DNA of 64,000 nt, from NCBI GenBank assembly GCA_964545475.1, contig CAZJGG010000007.1:1103-65102 (forward strand), in the 5' to 3' direction. The notes under the pieces were generated by a model. The model saw only the letters and a list, made by a program, of their open reading frames with translations. It made no database searches and had not been told where the DNA came from. This stretch comes from an uncultured Eubacteriales bacterium (GTDB lineage Bacteria; Bacillota; Clostridia; Lachnospirales; JAISER01). Made by a program: the position numbers and the translations under genes. Below are positions 49,459 through 58,725 of the stretch, one piece after another (the first letter of the stretch is position 1; the number at the start of each line of letters is the position of its first letter).

Positions 49459-51039
49459 ATGGATAAATGTTTTTATATTACTACACCAATTTATTATCCA
49501 AGTAATAAGTTTCATATAGGTAATTCGTATACTACACTTGCAGCCGACTGTATGGCTAGGTATAAAAAGTTACGAGGTTATGATGTTTTGTTTTTAACAG
49601 GCACAGACGACCACGGGCAAAAAATTGAAAAAGTTGCTGCTAAAAACGGTGTTACGCCCATTGAATACGTGGACGGTATTGTTAAAAACGCAAAAGAGCT
49701 TTGGGCTTCTTTAGATATTAACTATGATATTTTTATCCGAACAAGCGAAAATTATCACGTAAGAACTGTACAAAAAATTTTTAAAACATTATATGAAAAA
49801 GGATTTATATACAAAAGCGAATACGAAGACTGGTATTGTACAGATTGTGAAACATTTTATACCGACAGGCAGCTTGTTAACAAAAAGTGCCCGGACTGCG
49901 GACGTGGCGTTGAAAAATTAAAAGAAGAAAGCTATTTTTTCAAATTATCAAGTTTTCAAAAAGCCATAGAAGAACATTTTGAGAAAAACCCTGAATTTTT
50001 GCTTCCTTTATCTCGTAAAAACGAAATGATTAACAATTTCTTAAAACCGGGGCTTACAGACTTATGCGTTTCCAGAACATCATTTACATGGGGCGTGCCT
50101 GTAGATTTTGACGAGGGACATGTTGTATACGTTTGGATTGATGCATTGTCAAATTATATAACCGCTTTGGGCTTTATGTCCGACGACGATACATTGTATA
50201 AAAAGTTTTGGCCGGCGGACGTTCACTTAATGGGAAAAGAAATTGTGCGCTTTCATGCAATTATTTGGCCTGCAATATTAATGGCTCTTGATTTGCCACT
50301 TCCTAAAAAACTTTTTGGTCATGGCTGGATAACCGTTGACGGACAGAAAATGTCAAAATCCGTTGGTAACGTTGTAGACCCAATGTTTTTAACAGAGCGT
50401 TACGGTGTAGATGCCGTTCGTTATTTTGTTTTGAGAGAATTCACATTCGGGCAGGACGCTAACTTTTCTTACGAGGCACTTCTTCAAAGAATTAATTCGG
50501 ATTTAGCTAACGACTTAGGTAATCTTCTTTCAAGAACATGCGGCATGATTATAAAATACTTCGGAGGAGAATTGCCAGCTGAACAGCAGGAAGCGGAAAT
50601 CGACGAAGAAATTATAAAAATTAGCGTTAAAATGATTGAAAACGTGGAAAACCGTATGGAAGAACTTGCTTTTGAAGATGGGCTTATTGAAATTTGGGCT
50701 TTTATAAGAAGAATTAATAAATATATAGATGAAAATGAGCCGTGGGTTTTAGTTAAAGACGAAACAAAAAAACCAAGGCTTGCAAGGGTGTTATACAATT
50801 TAGCAGAAAGCTTAAGAATTATTTCTGTTTTAATTTCACCTGTATTAACAAAAACCCCAAGTGCAATTTGGGAGCAGCTTAACATTAATGATGATATCTA
50901 TAAAACATGGGAATCAACTAAAAATTTCGGATTACTTGACAATAATGTTAAAGTAACAAAAGGTGATATAGTTTTCCCAAGGCTTGAAATTAAGGAAGAG
51001 CTGGAATTTATTAACAGCAGCAAGTCGGAGGAAAAATAA
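49459..51039 (+). CDS. metG: Methionyl-tRNA synthetase (short form)
   Basis: HIGNSYT (HIGH) and KMSKS motifs with a CxxC zinc knuckle. 526 aa. Confidence 0.95.
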   Translation: MDKCFYITTPIYYPSNKFHIGNSYTTLAADCMARYKKLRGYDVLFLTGTDDHGQKIEKVAAKNGVTPIEYVDGIVKNAKELWASLDINYDIFIRTSENYHVRTVQKIFKTLYEKGFIYKSEYEDWYCTDCETFYTDRQLVNKKCPDCGRGVEKLKEESYFFKLSSFQKAIEEHFEKNPEFLLPLSRKNEMINNFLKPGLTDLCVSRTSFTWGVPVDFDEGHVVYVWIDALSNYITALGFMSDDDTLYKKFWPADVHLMGKEIVRFHAIIWPAILMALDLPLPKKLFGHGWITVDGQKMSKSVGNVVDPMFLTERYGVDAVRYFVLREFTFGQDANFSYEALLQRINSDLANDLGNLLSRTCGMIIKYFGGELPAEQQEAEIDEEIIKISVKMIENVENRMEELAFEDGLIEIWAFIRRINKYIDENEPWVLVKDETKKPRLARVLYNLAESLRIISVLISPVLTKTPSAIWEQLNINDDIYKTWESTKNFGLLDNNVKVTKGDIVFPRLEIKEELEFINSSKSEEK

Positions 51040-51812
51040 TGTATTTTGAATCGCACGCCCATTACGATGATGAAAGATACGACGGCGACAGGGACAAGCT
51101 GTTATCTTCCTTAAAAGATTATGGAGTAGACATTGTTATAAACGCCGGGGCAACAATGGATTCGTCTAAAAAAAGTATTGAGCTTTCCAAAAAATATCCG
51201 TTTATTTATGCCGGGGTAGGGGTTCACCCTCATGACGTTAAAGATATGACTGAAGCGGACATTGAAACGCTTTATAATTATTGTCAAAACGAAAAAGTAG
51301 TTGCTGTTGGGGAAATTGGTCTTGATTTTTATTACGACAATTCCCCAAGAGAGCTTCAAAAATATTGGTTTAAAAAACAACTGGAGCTTGCGGAGCAGGT
51401 GGACCTACCAGTAATCATTCATTCAAGAGATGCAAGCCAGCTTACATTTGACATAATTAAAGAAAGCAAAGTTAGAAAAGGCGTTATTCATTGCTTTTCA
51501 GGCAGCCCGGAGCTTGCCTTGGAGTACGTTAAAATGGGGTTTTATATAGGCATTGGCGGTGTTGTAACTTATTCAAATGCAAAAAATGTCGTTAAAACCG
51601 TAGAGGTTTTAAATTTAAACAATATATTAATAGAAACAGATTGTCCGTATTTATCCCCAGTACCTATGCGTGGTAAGAGGAATAGCTCACAATACTTAAA
51701 TTATATTTGCGATAAAGTTGGAATCATTAAACAAATGCCCGGTGAAAAAGTAGCCGAAATTACCTCTATTAATGGTCATAGACTATTTTCGACAAAAAAA
51801 AATATTGATTAA
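51039..51812 (+). CDS. tatD: TatD-family hydrolase
   Basis: SHAHYDD, EIGLDFYY and IETDCPYL motifs. TAATG overlap with metG. Confidence 0.9.
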   Translation: MYFESHAHYDDERYDGDRDKLLSSLKDYGVDIVINAGATMDSSKKSIELSKKYPFIYAGVGVHPHDVKDMTEADIETLYNYCQNEKVVAVGEIGLDFYYDNSPRELQKYWFKKQLELAEQVDLPVIIHSRDASQLTFDIIKESKVRKGVIHCFSGSPELALEYVKMGFYIGIGGVVTYSNAKNVVKTVEVLNLNNILIETDCPYLSPVPMRGKRNSSQYLNYICDKVGIIKQMPGEKVAEITSINGHRLFSTKKNID

Positions 51813-52056
51813 TTGTTACGGATGTGTTAATATATATTAGTAAATATGGAACAAAACTGTTTTTTTGCGGCTGAAAGGAGCAGGTTTTTAACATAATTTA
51901 CTTAATACCAGGTTTATTTATTAATAAACTGGAAAGTATATAAACATAAGAATTATTTGGTTAAAATAATGTCGAATTAACTGAATGCTATTCGTAATAT
52001 ATTACTCAATTATTACGTAGATATTACGTAGGGTAATTAAGGAGGAATTTTATTTT

Positions 52057-53109
52057 ATGAAATATGTTAGAAGTTTTGTTATTGTGGCATTTTTTCTAGC
52101 TATATTAACAGGAACTGTTAACGCAATTTCAGCGCCGAAAGATGTTATGGTAACTGACAGAGGCGAAATAAGCTACTACTTGACAAGAGTTGAAACGGTA
52201 GAAGAGTTTTTTAAAGAAAACGATATTGTTATAGAAGAGCAAGACAAATTAAACGTCCCATTGACAGAAAAAATATTACCCGGTTATGTTACAAAAATTG
52301 TAATAACAAGAGGTTTACGTTTAGAAGTTATTATTGACGGAGCGACTGAGTTCATGTATGCCCCACAAGGTACTTATGCCGGTACATTTATTAAGCAGGT
52401 TGAAGAAAAAAATGGGCAAGAATATGTGTACGCTGGCAAGAAATCTGAACTTTTAGAGGAAGGTCAGGTTATAGAGCTAACTTCTGCTACTGAGGAAATA
52501 GTTCTTGAGGATGTTTCTGTCAGAGAAGAAAAAGTAATTGAAGAACTTGCCTATGACACTGTTTACATGTTTGATGATCAATTACTTCAAGGTAAAGTTG
52601 AAATTGAACAAAAAGGCGTAATGGGCTTAAAAGAAGTTACTTTTACAATAAGTGAAGTAGACGGAGAAGTTATTGAAAAAGCTGTGACTGGTGAAGCCAT
52701 ACTTTCTTTTCCTGTAACAAGAATTATTAAGCAAGGCACAAAAGAGCATGAAACAAAAGAAGTTGAAATAATTGAAGAACATGATATGCTTGGTGCTGTT
52801 AAAAAGCTTGTTATGAACGCATCTGCATACACTTTAAATAAAAGCTCTACAGGCAAAAACCCAGGTAGCCCGGGTTACGGCATTACTGCTTCCGGCATGA
52901 GAGCCCAGCATGGCATTGTTGCGGTTGACCCAAATGTTATACCGCTTGGAACGAAGCTTTATATTGATGGGTATGGCTATGCGGTTGCCGGAGATACTGG
53001 CGGAAGCATAAAAGGAAATAAAATTGACTTATTTTACAATACACAAAATGAATGTGTAGAATTCGGCAGAAAAGACATTAACGTCTATATATTGCAGGAT
53101 GAAGAATAA
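52057..53109 (+). CDS. YabE-like G5 and 3D domain cell-wall protein
   Basis: N-terminal TM, a G5-like segment (EIEQKGVMGLKEVTF) and a C-terminal 3D domain (VAVDPNVIPLGTKLYIDGYGYAVAGDTGGSIKGNKIDLF). Confidence 0.8.
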   Translation: MKYVRSFVIVAFFLAILTGTVNAISAPKDVMVTDRGEISYYLTRVETVEEFFKENDIVIEEQDKLNVPLTEKILPGYVTKIVITRGLRLEVIIDGATEFMYAPQGTYAGTFIKQVEEKNGQEYVYAGKKSELLEEGQVIELTSATEEIVLEDVSVREEKVIEELAYDTVYMFDDQLLQGKVEIEQKGVMGLKEVTFTISEVDGEVIEKAVTGEAILSFPVTRIIKQGTKEHETKEVEIIEEHDMLGAVKKLVMNASAYTLNKSSTGKNPGSPGYGITASGMRAQHGIVAVDPNVIPLGTKLYIDGYGYAVAGDTGGSIKGNKIDLFYNTQNECVEFGRKDINVYILQDEE

Positions 53110-53240
53110 TGTCTTTATAAAAAAATTTATTGTTTTATAAAAAAATTTATCGAAATTTAATAAATTTATATTGAAAAAGTCTCTTAAAATGTGTTATAAC
53201 ATTATAAGGGGCTTTTTTTATTTATGAAAGAAGGGATATT

Positions 53241-53984
53241 TTGAAATTTTCTAGAAAATTCAAAACGCTAACCGTTTCTTTAATGGCTGCTTTATTGGTA
53301 TTTACTAATAATCGGTTTATATCTGCAGAAGAGGTTATTAAAAGTATACCAGTTGAAATTCAAGAAAAAATCGGAATTACAAGACCGTTTTATGAAAATA
53401 TTAATATAATTAAAGAGCCTTCAAGTATTTTGGTTTTATGTAATAAATATAATAAGCTGGAAAGTACATACGTGCCTGAGGATTTAGTTGATATTGGTGG
53501 AGGGCAAAAGCTGAAAAAGGAAGCAAAAGAAGCTTTATATGTTATGAGAGAGGATATGGCGAAAGAGGGGCACAAAATTACAGTGCGCTCTACATATAGA
53601 AGTTATGATAGGCAAAATACTATTCATAAACAATACATAAAAGCCAATGGACAAGCCCAAACGGACACTTTTTCCGCAAGACCCGGGCATTCTGAACACC
53701 AAACGGGGCTTGCTATTGATTTGGTACAGGCTGGAAACAATTCCTCGTCTCTTTCCGGAGCTAAATTTGAAAAAACAAAGCAATATCAATGGATGATTGA
53801 AAACGCATATAAATATGGGTTTATATTAAGGTACCCAAAAGAATACGAAAAAGTGACAGGGTATAAGTACGAACCATGGCATTGGCGATATGTTGGGGTA
53901 GAGGTTTCAACGTTTATGAGAGAAAACAACATTGCAACTTTTGACGAATATGTCGCAATGTACGTAATTACTGATATTGCTTAA
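53241..53984 (+). CDS. VanY-like D-alanyl-D-alanine carboxypeptidase (M15)
   Basis: SARPGHSEHQTGLAIDL and EPWHWRYVG motifs with a signal sequence. TTG start. Confidence 0.85.
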   Translation: MKFSRKFKTLTVSLMAALLVFTNNRFISAEEVIKSIPVEIQEKIGITRPFYENINIIKEPSSILVLCNKYNKLESTYVPEDLVDIGGGQKLKKEAKEALYVMREDMAKEGHKITVRSTYRSYDRQNTIHKQYIKANGQAQTDTFSARPGHSEHQTGLAIDLVQAGNNSSSLSGAKFEKTKQYQWMIENAYKYGFILRYPKEYEKVTGYKYEPWHWRYVGVEVSTFMRENNIATFDEYVAMYVITDIA

Positions 53985-53999
53985 AGTATAGGAGCCTGT

Positions 54000-54797
54000 A
54001 TGAAATTTAAAAGAGCTAGGTATATTATAGTTTTTGCTTTAATAATTCTATTAGCCTTAACTGCATACAAATGGTACTTTGTTCAAAAAGTACCTGTTTT
54101 GCTTTATCACCACATTTTAAAAGAAGAAGAAAACAAATTATATAAAAATAATGGATACATAATAAGCCTTGAAGAATTTGAAGAACAAATGAAATACTTG
54201 TATGATAACGGCTTTCAAACATTAACGGCAAATGATATGGAAGATTTTATTTACAACGAAAAACCGTTGCCGGAAAAAAGCGTTTGGATTACTTTTGACG
54301 ACGGATATTACAGCAACATTTATTATGCATACCCAGTATTGAAGAAATATGGATTTAAAGCAACGATTTTTGTTGTAACTTCTTATTTAATGGAGGTCTC
54401 AGAGCCGTTTAACCCAGATTTAATGAATATTATAAATATTCACGAAATTGGCGACACTTTAGATGTGTTTGAATACGCAAGCCACACAGACAATTTACAT
54501 AGCATTAAAAACAGAAAATCCGCTTTTCAAACTGCATCTTACGATAGAGTGAGAGATGATTTAAACACTTCTATTTCTAAAGACTATATAACTAATAAAA
54601 CTGTTTTTGCATATCCATATGGAAAATATAACAAACAAGGCATAAAAGCTTTGGAAGAGCTTGGGTTTAAATTGGGGGTAACTGTTAAAAAAGGCTATGT
54701 TGCAAAAGACAGTAACCCATATTTGCTAAAAAGGATAACAATTGGGCCTGATATGCCATTAGAACGCTTTAAGCAGTATGTAGATAAAAAGTCTTGA
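54000..54797 (+). CDS. Polysaccharide deacetylase (NodB homology) family protein
   Basis: N-terminal TM and the TFDDGY motif. Confidence 0.8.
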   Translation: MKFKRARYIIVFALIILLALTAYKWYFVQKVPVLLYHHILKEEENKLYKNNGYIISLEEFEEQMKYLYDNGFQTLTANDMEDFIYNEKPLPEKSVWITFDDGYYSNIYYAYPVLKKYGFKATIFVVTSYLMEVSEPFNPDLMNIINIHEIGDTLDVFEYASHTDNLHSIKNRKSAFQTASYDRVRDDLNTSISKDYITNKTVFAYPYGKYNKQGIKALEELGFKLGVTVKKGYVAKDSNPYLLKRITIGPDMPLERFKQYVDKKS

Positions 54798-54808
54798 AAG
54801 GAATATTT

Positions 54809-55300
54809 ATGGGAAGCGAAAATATAGACAAAGTTTTGCAAAAGCTTGAAGACATGGAAATAAAATATGAAATGACCGAACATGAGACCGTTTACACAAT
54901 TGAGGATATGCATCGCATTGGTATTTGCGAAATGGGCGAGGTTGCAAAAAACTTATTTTTAAGAGACGAGAAGGGGAGGCGATATTTTCTTGTTATAATG
55001 ACCGGAAGCAAAACTGCTGATTTAAAAGCTCTTAGAGAAAAGCTAGGGGTCAGGCTTAGCTTTGCACAGGAAGACAAGTTAATGGTGTATTTAGGGCTTA
55101 CAAAGGGCTCTGTTTCACCCTTTGGCGTAATAAACGATGCTGATGCTTTTGTGGAAGTTATTTTTGACAGGGATTTATCAAAGTGCGACAGATTAGGTTT
55201 TCACCCCAACGATAACACAGCAACTCTATGGATAAGTTATTCTGACATTGAAAAAGTTATTAAACAAAACGGCAATAAAATGCAGTTAATCACTATATAA
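54809..55300 (+). CDS. YbaK/ProX-type aminoacyl-tRNA deacylase domain protein
   Basis: KNLFLRDEKGRRYFLVIM and LTKGSVSPFGV motifs. ATG 54809 is preferred over the track TTG at 54794. Confidence 0.75.
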   Translation: MGSENIDKVLQKLEDMEIKYEMTEHETVYTIEDMHRIGICEMGEVAKNLFLRDEKGRRYFLVIMTGSKTADLKALREKLGVRLSFAQEDKLMVYLGLTKGSVSPFGVINDADAFVEVIFDRDLSKCDRLGFHPNDNTATLWISYSDIEKVIKQNGNKMQLITI

Positions 55301-55352
55301 TCCCAGTCAATGTATTGTAGTTTCAGGTCCTCTTATTAGAGCAATTTGACAA

Positions 55353-55374
55353 AACATAGCTGTTTATGTTTTTG
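55353..55374 (+). repeat. Motif E copy 5, truncated by an IS end
   Basis: AACATAGCTGTTTATGTTTTTG, then an abrupt switch to IS4-like left-end sequence. Confidence 0.65.
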
Positions 55375-55548
55375 AAGATCAATGTCAACAGGTTAAGAGA
55401 AACAATCTAAAACATTACAGTTTAGTTACAAATTACAAAAACACTTGACATTTACAAAGCGCCCTAATAATTGACGGGAACACCTATAAAAAACGGTGTA
55501 TCTCTAAAATATTGGATGTGTTTCTTATGAAACTGTCAGAGATTCTTG
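55374..55548 (+). mobile_element. Solo left-end fragment of the IS4-like element
   Basis: About 175 nt nearly identical to 56160-56331. Similarity ends at 55548. Confidence 0.8.
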
Positions 55549-55635
55549 TTTATGGGAGAAACCCAAATTGTTAAACTTAAAAATACATGCATGTGACTTT
55601 GAGTTTAACACAATCAAATCATTTAGTCGATAGTT

Positions 55636-55749
55636 TTACCTATTTTTCAAATGTTTTAGTATTTTGTATAATAAAATTATTACAATAAGTGGCGAAATAA
55701 TTTGAATAATTGGTAAAATAGATATAATCCACACAAATAAAATATTCAT
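55636..55749 (-). CDS. 37-aa hydrophobic peptide with basic tail (type I toxin-like), not in ORF track
   Basis: Manual translation MNILFVWIISILPIIQIISPLIVIILLYKILKHLKNR. GGAG lies 8 nt upstream of the ATG. Located in IS debris. Confidence 0.4.
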   Translation of the reverse strand: MNILFVWIISILPIIQIISPLIVIILLYKILKHLKNR

Positions 55750-56387
55750 TAATAATTCTCCTTTATTAATAATACCATAACCATTGCAATATTCCTCTCA
55801 TCATATAAATCTAAGCTCAGATTGTTGGTTGTAACTTATAAGTAAAATGCCTATACCCTCTGTCTATTTATAGCTAATAAAATAATTTGCAAGAAATAGA
55901 TACCCTCACATAAAAACAACCTTCCTCAAATATGAATACTGCCGTCTACCTTCAGTCAATTGGGTAACATGAAAAATAAAATTGTTTACTTTATATTATA
56001 GCATACTGTAGAATAGCTGCAAACAAAGAAATAATTTTGTTTTTTATTTTTTTGTATTACGGGCAACTTAAAATTTTGACAAAGACTAGACCTCTTCCGA
56101 ACCCTATGCCGCCATCCTTGCGGTGAGATTTATTCGCAAATACGAGACAGCGAGTTTCGGAAGCAATGCCAACAGGTTAAGAGAAACAATCTAAAACATT
56201 ACAGTTTAGTTACAAATCACAAAAACACTTAACATATACAAATCGCCCAATAATTGACGGGAACACCTATAAAAAACGGTGTACCTCTAAAATATTGGAT
56301 GCGTTCCTTATGAAAATGTCAGAGATTCTTGCAAAAATAAGTAACTAAACAATTTACAGTCAAACATTTAAAGAATTCGCACGCAAG

Positions 56388-57439
56388 TTGCCTAAATATT
56401 TTACGCGTGACAGAAAAATGCCATTTGAGGATTTGATGATATTTATGTTGTTTCATTTAAAATGCAGCATACCCACTGCGCTGCGTCGATACTTTAAAAC
56501 CAAGAACGAAGCTATAGTTGAGCAACGAACCGAAAAATGGCACGGATACCGTCTTTACGCCAATGACGGAAGTAAAATAGCGTTGCCTGACGATAAAAAG
56601 CTTCTTTGGCTGATGTTATGATAGCTCCGCTGTCAACCAACGAGCAAACCCTTGCTTTAGGGCATGTCCAAGCCACTAAAGATTTGTGCCCAAACGACAA
56701 GAAGCTTAACATATACGACAGAGGTTATGCATCCTTTGATTTTATCGAAAAACTTGAAGCTCATGGGCTTTTTTACCTTTGCCGTGTGAAAATAAAGTTC
56801 AATTCGGACATTGACGCCCAAACAAAGGCTGATGGCTATGTTTGGCTTGAAAAAGCTGGCAAACGCCTTCATGTTCGTGTTATTAAATTTGCTTTGGACA
56901 GCGGCGAAATTGAAACTCTTATTACTAGGGCATGTTTACATGGTTTTGAAATTTTCTGATCAATATTCAACACGCCCTACTAATATTACCGACAAACGCT
57001 TGGGCAAAAAAGATTCCAAAAAACTTTACTTTATGCGTTGGTCAATTGAAACTAAATACGGCATTATCAAGAAAAAACTGCAACTTGAGAATCTTCCGCA
57101 AGGTCTGTAGAAGGTGTTCAACAGGAATTTTTTGCGTCAATGTATTTGGTCAACTTCTTGTTGAGTGCTGCTTTTGATGTGCAAGAAGAAATTGAATCTT
57201 CACGGGAGACCAAGGACAATAAATACCAATACAAAGTCAATTTGAACGAACTTGTTGGCATCTTGAAAGACAAACTTATTTTAGCCATCGCCCAGCATTC
57301 CCCCGACAAACAAACCGAAATGTTAAACGATATACTTGATGAAGCTAAACGTTTTGTTGTTCCAATTCGCCCAAACAGAACCACTCATAGAAATCCCAGC
57401 CCAAGATCCTCTGAATTTTCACCACAATCAGAAGGTTAA
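56388..57439 (+). pseudogene. DDE transposase (IS4-like) broken into four frames
   Basis: Fragments carry YANDGSKIALP, YDRGYASFDF and LYFMRWSIETKY (DDE/YREK-type). Frame changes near 56615 and 57100, plus a 55-bp MITE insertion. Confidence 0.8.
56928..56977. mobile_element. MITE family A, 50-bp form A5 inside the transposase gene
   Basis: Reverse complement GGGCGTGTTGAATATTGATCAGAAAATTTCAAAACCATGTAAACATGCCC matches the left half of A2. Exact TSD TACTA at 56923-56927 and 56978-56982. Confidence 0.8.
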
Positions 57440-57519
57440 TTGTTGATGGTTTTTCTTAACCGGTTGACATTGGCTTCGGAAGAGGTCTACTGGAAAAATC
57501 GGTATTTGGCGGACAAAGA

Positions 57520-57753
57520 TTGAAAATGTACTATGCCCATCCATATTCAAGCTATGAACGCGGTACAAATGAAGATGCAAATGGCATTATACGTAGATTT
57601 TTCCCTAAAGGAACAAATTTTGGGCGAGTTCCCCTAGGGGGACTGATGAAGCTGCAAGATTGGATGAATAACTACCCAAGACCGATTCTTGGTTGGTATA
57701 TGTGTAAATACTATATTAATCCGATTAAAAATTGCATAGATAACAATAATTAA
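57520..57753 (+). pseudogene. IS30-family transposase C-terminal remnant
   Basis: YAHPYSSYERGTNEDANGIIRRFFPKGTNF matches the conserved IS30 C-terminal block. The N-terminal about 250 aa are absent. Confidence 0.7.
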
Positions 57754-57818
57754 TATCAGGTTTTGGTTGGACAATTAATATTACAACTTTTATTGGCGTT
57801 TGTTGTGGAAATTTGTGC

Positions 57819-57847
57819 TTGACAATTCTAATCATTTTATATATAAT
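57819..57847 (+). promoter_or_regulatory. Consensus sigma-A promoter of tRNA-Leu
   Basis: TTGACA, 17 nt spacer, TATAAT. Confidence 0.7.
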
Positions 57848-57862
57848 ATATCATGTTGTTAA

Positions 57863-57946
57863 GCACTCGTGGCGGAATTGGCATACGCGTTAGACTAAGG
57901 ATCTAATGAGAGTATTCTCGTGCAGGTTCAAGTCCTGTCGAGTGCA
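57863..57946 (+). tRNA. tRNA-Leu, anticodon AAG (class II, long variable arm)
   Basis: Manual fold: acceptor GCACTCG/CGAGTGC, D stem GCG/CGC, anticodon stem TTAGA/TCTAA with loop CTAAGGA, 15-nt variable arm, T arm GCAGG-TTCAAGT-CCTGT. Confidence 0.8.
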
Positions 57947-57947
57947 T

Positions 57948-57974
57948 AAAGGCTTCCGTTGAACGGAAGCCTTT
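57948..57974 (+). terminator. Hairpin between tRNA-Leu and tRNA-Ser
   Basis: AAAGGCTTCC-GTTGAAC-GGAAGCCTTT followed by ATT. Confidence 0.45.
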
Positions 57975-57994
57975 ATTAAATAAATAATATTTAT

Positions 57995-58083
57995 GGAGAA
58001 ATACCCAAGTGGTTGAAGGGGCTCGCCTGGAAAGCGGGTAGGTTGTGAATAGCGGCGCGAGGGTTCAAATCCCTCTTTCTCCG
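57995..58083 (+). tRNA. tRNA-Ser (anticodon GGA)
   Basis: Acceptor GGAGAAA/TTTCTCC, anticodon stem CTCGC/GCGGG with loop CTGGAAA, long variable arm, T arm GAGGG-TTCAAAT-CCCTC. Confidence 0.85.
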
Positions 58084-58217
58084 TTTTTTTGTTATGAACA
58101 AAACTAATGCTTGAAGAACAGCACAGTTTTGTTTTTTTATTGCTTCCGTTTTATCATTAATAAGTAAGCACTCATTAAATCGGTGCTTACTTATTTTAAT
58201 TTAAAAAAATTTATCTG

Positions 58218-58562
58218 CTATTCTTTTGTTATATTATTAATAATAAAAAAATTTGCATTTGTTTGAACAAATTCAAGAAATAGCTTTCGGGAATTTATAT
58301 TCATTCTTTCTAACAAAAAAGATATATCGTTTTCAAGATACTGGTTGACATATTTTAATTCACCACTCAAAAACAAGTCTACTCCACAACCTAGGGCATC
58401 TGATATTTTTACAGATGTTTCAAGGCTAGGTTTCCCCTCTCCTCTTTCTATTTTTCCTAAAAAGTTTTCACCAATTCCTGCTTTTTCGGCAAGTTGTTCT
58501 ATTGTAAATCCTAATAAAAGTCTCTGCTTCCGAATGTTTGCGCCAAATTTTTTATAATCCAT
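58218..58562 (-). CDS. XRE-family HTH transcriptional regulator
   Basis: IRKQRLLLGFTIEQLAEKAGIGENFLGKIERG. Divergent from the LRR gene. Confidence 0.85.
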   Translation of the reverse strand: MDYKKFGANIRKQRLLLGFTIEQLAEKAGIGENFLGKIERGEGKPSLETSVKISDALGCGVDLFLSGELKYVNQYLENDISFLLERMNINSRKLFLEFVQTNANFFIINNITKE

Positions 58563-58627
58563 AATTACACCCCAAAAATACTATATAGGACTAATTAAAT
58601 TTAAATAAGTTCCTATAAATCCTTTTA

Positions 58628-58656
58628 TTGACAATAAATACTTTGTGTAGTATGAT
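58628..58656 (+). promoter_or_regulatory. Sigma-A-like promoter of the LRR gene
   Basis: TTGACA, 17 nt spacer, TATGAT. Confidence 0.6.
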
Positions 58657-58725
58657 TTTTATGTTCCTAACTGAATTAAGGGACTCTTTTTCAGAAAAAA
58701 TAAAATATCAAAGGGAGGAAATAAC

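Larger units (their letters stand above)
56160..57477 (+). mobile_element. IS4-family-like insertion sequence, decayed
   Basis: IRL GAAGCAATGCCAACAGGTTAAGAGAAAC versus IRR (rc) GAAGCCAATGTCAACCGGTTAAGAAAAAC. In the alternative parse, the IS spans 56164-57474 with an 8-bp TSD TTCGGAAG (56156-56163 / 57475-57482). It sits inside a palindromic host element with 15-bp arms TAGACCTCTTCCGAA (56087-56101 / 57475-57489). Confidence 0.75.

Noticed and set aside
51813-52056. Possible cyclic-di-AMP (ydaO-type) riboswitch upstream of the yabE-like gene
   Set aside because: The 244-nt AT-rich leader is suggestive by context, but I could not find the conserved G/C-rich ydaO core segments. It contains only short TTACGTA repeats, so I make no call without a covariance-model scan.
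53113-53150. Tandem 20-bp duplication TTTATAAAAAAATTTAT x2 after the yabE-like gene
   Set aside because: It is a short AT-rich duplication in a terminator-less intergenic region, probably replication slippage. It shares no similarity with the other repeat families.
55300-58100. Defence island or toxin-antitoxin operon in the IS-rich region
   Set aside because: Apart from the 37-aa peptide reported separately, all ORFs here are transposase fragments. No nuclease, ATPase, reverse transcriptase or paired small ORFs are visible.
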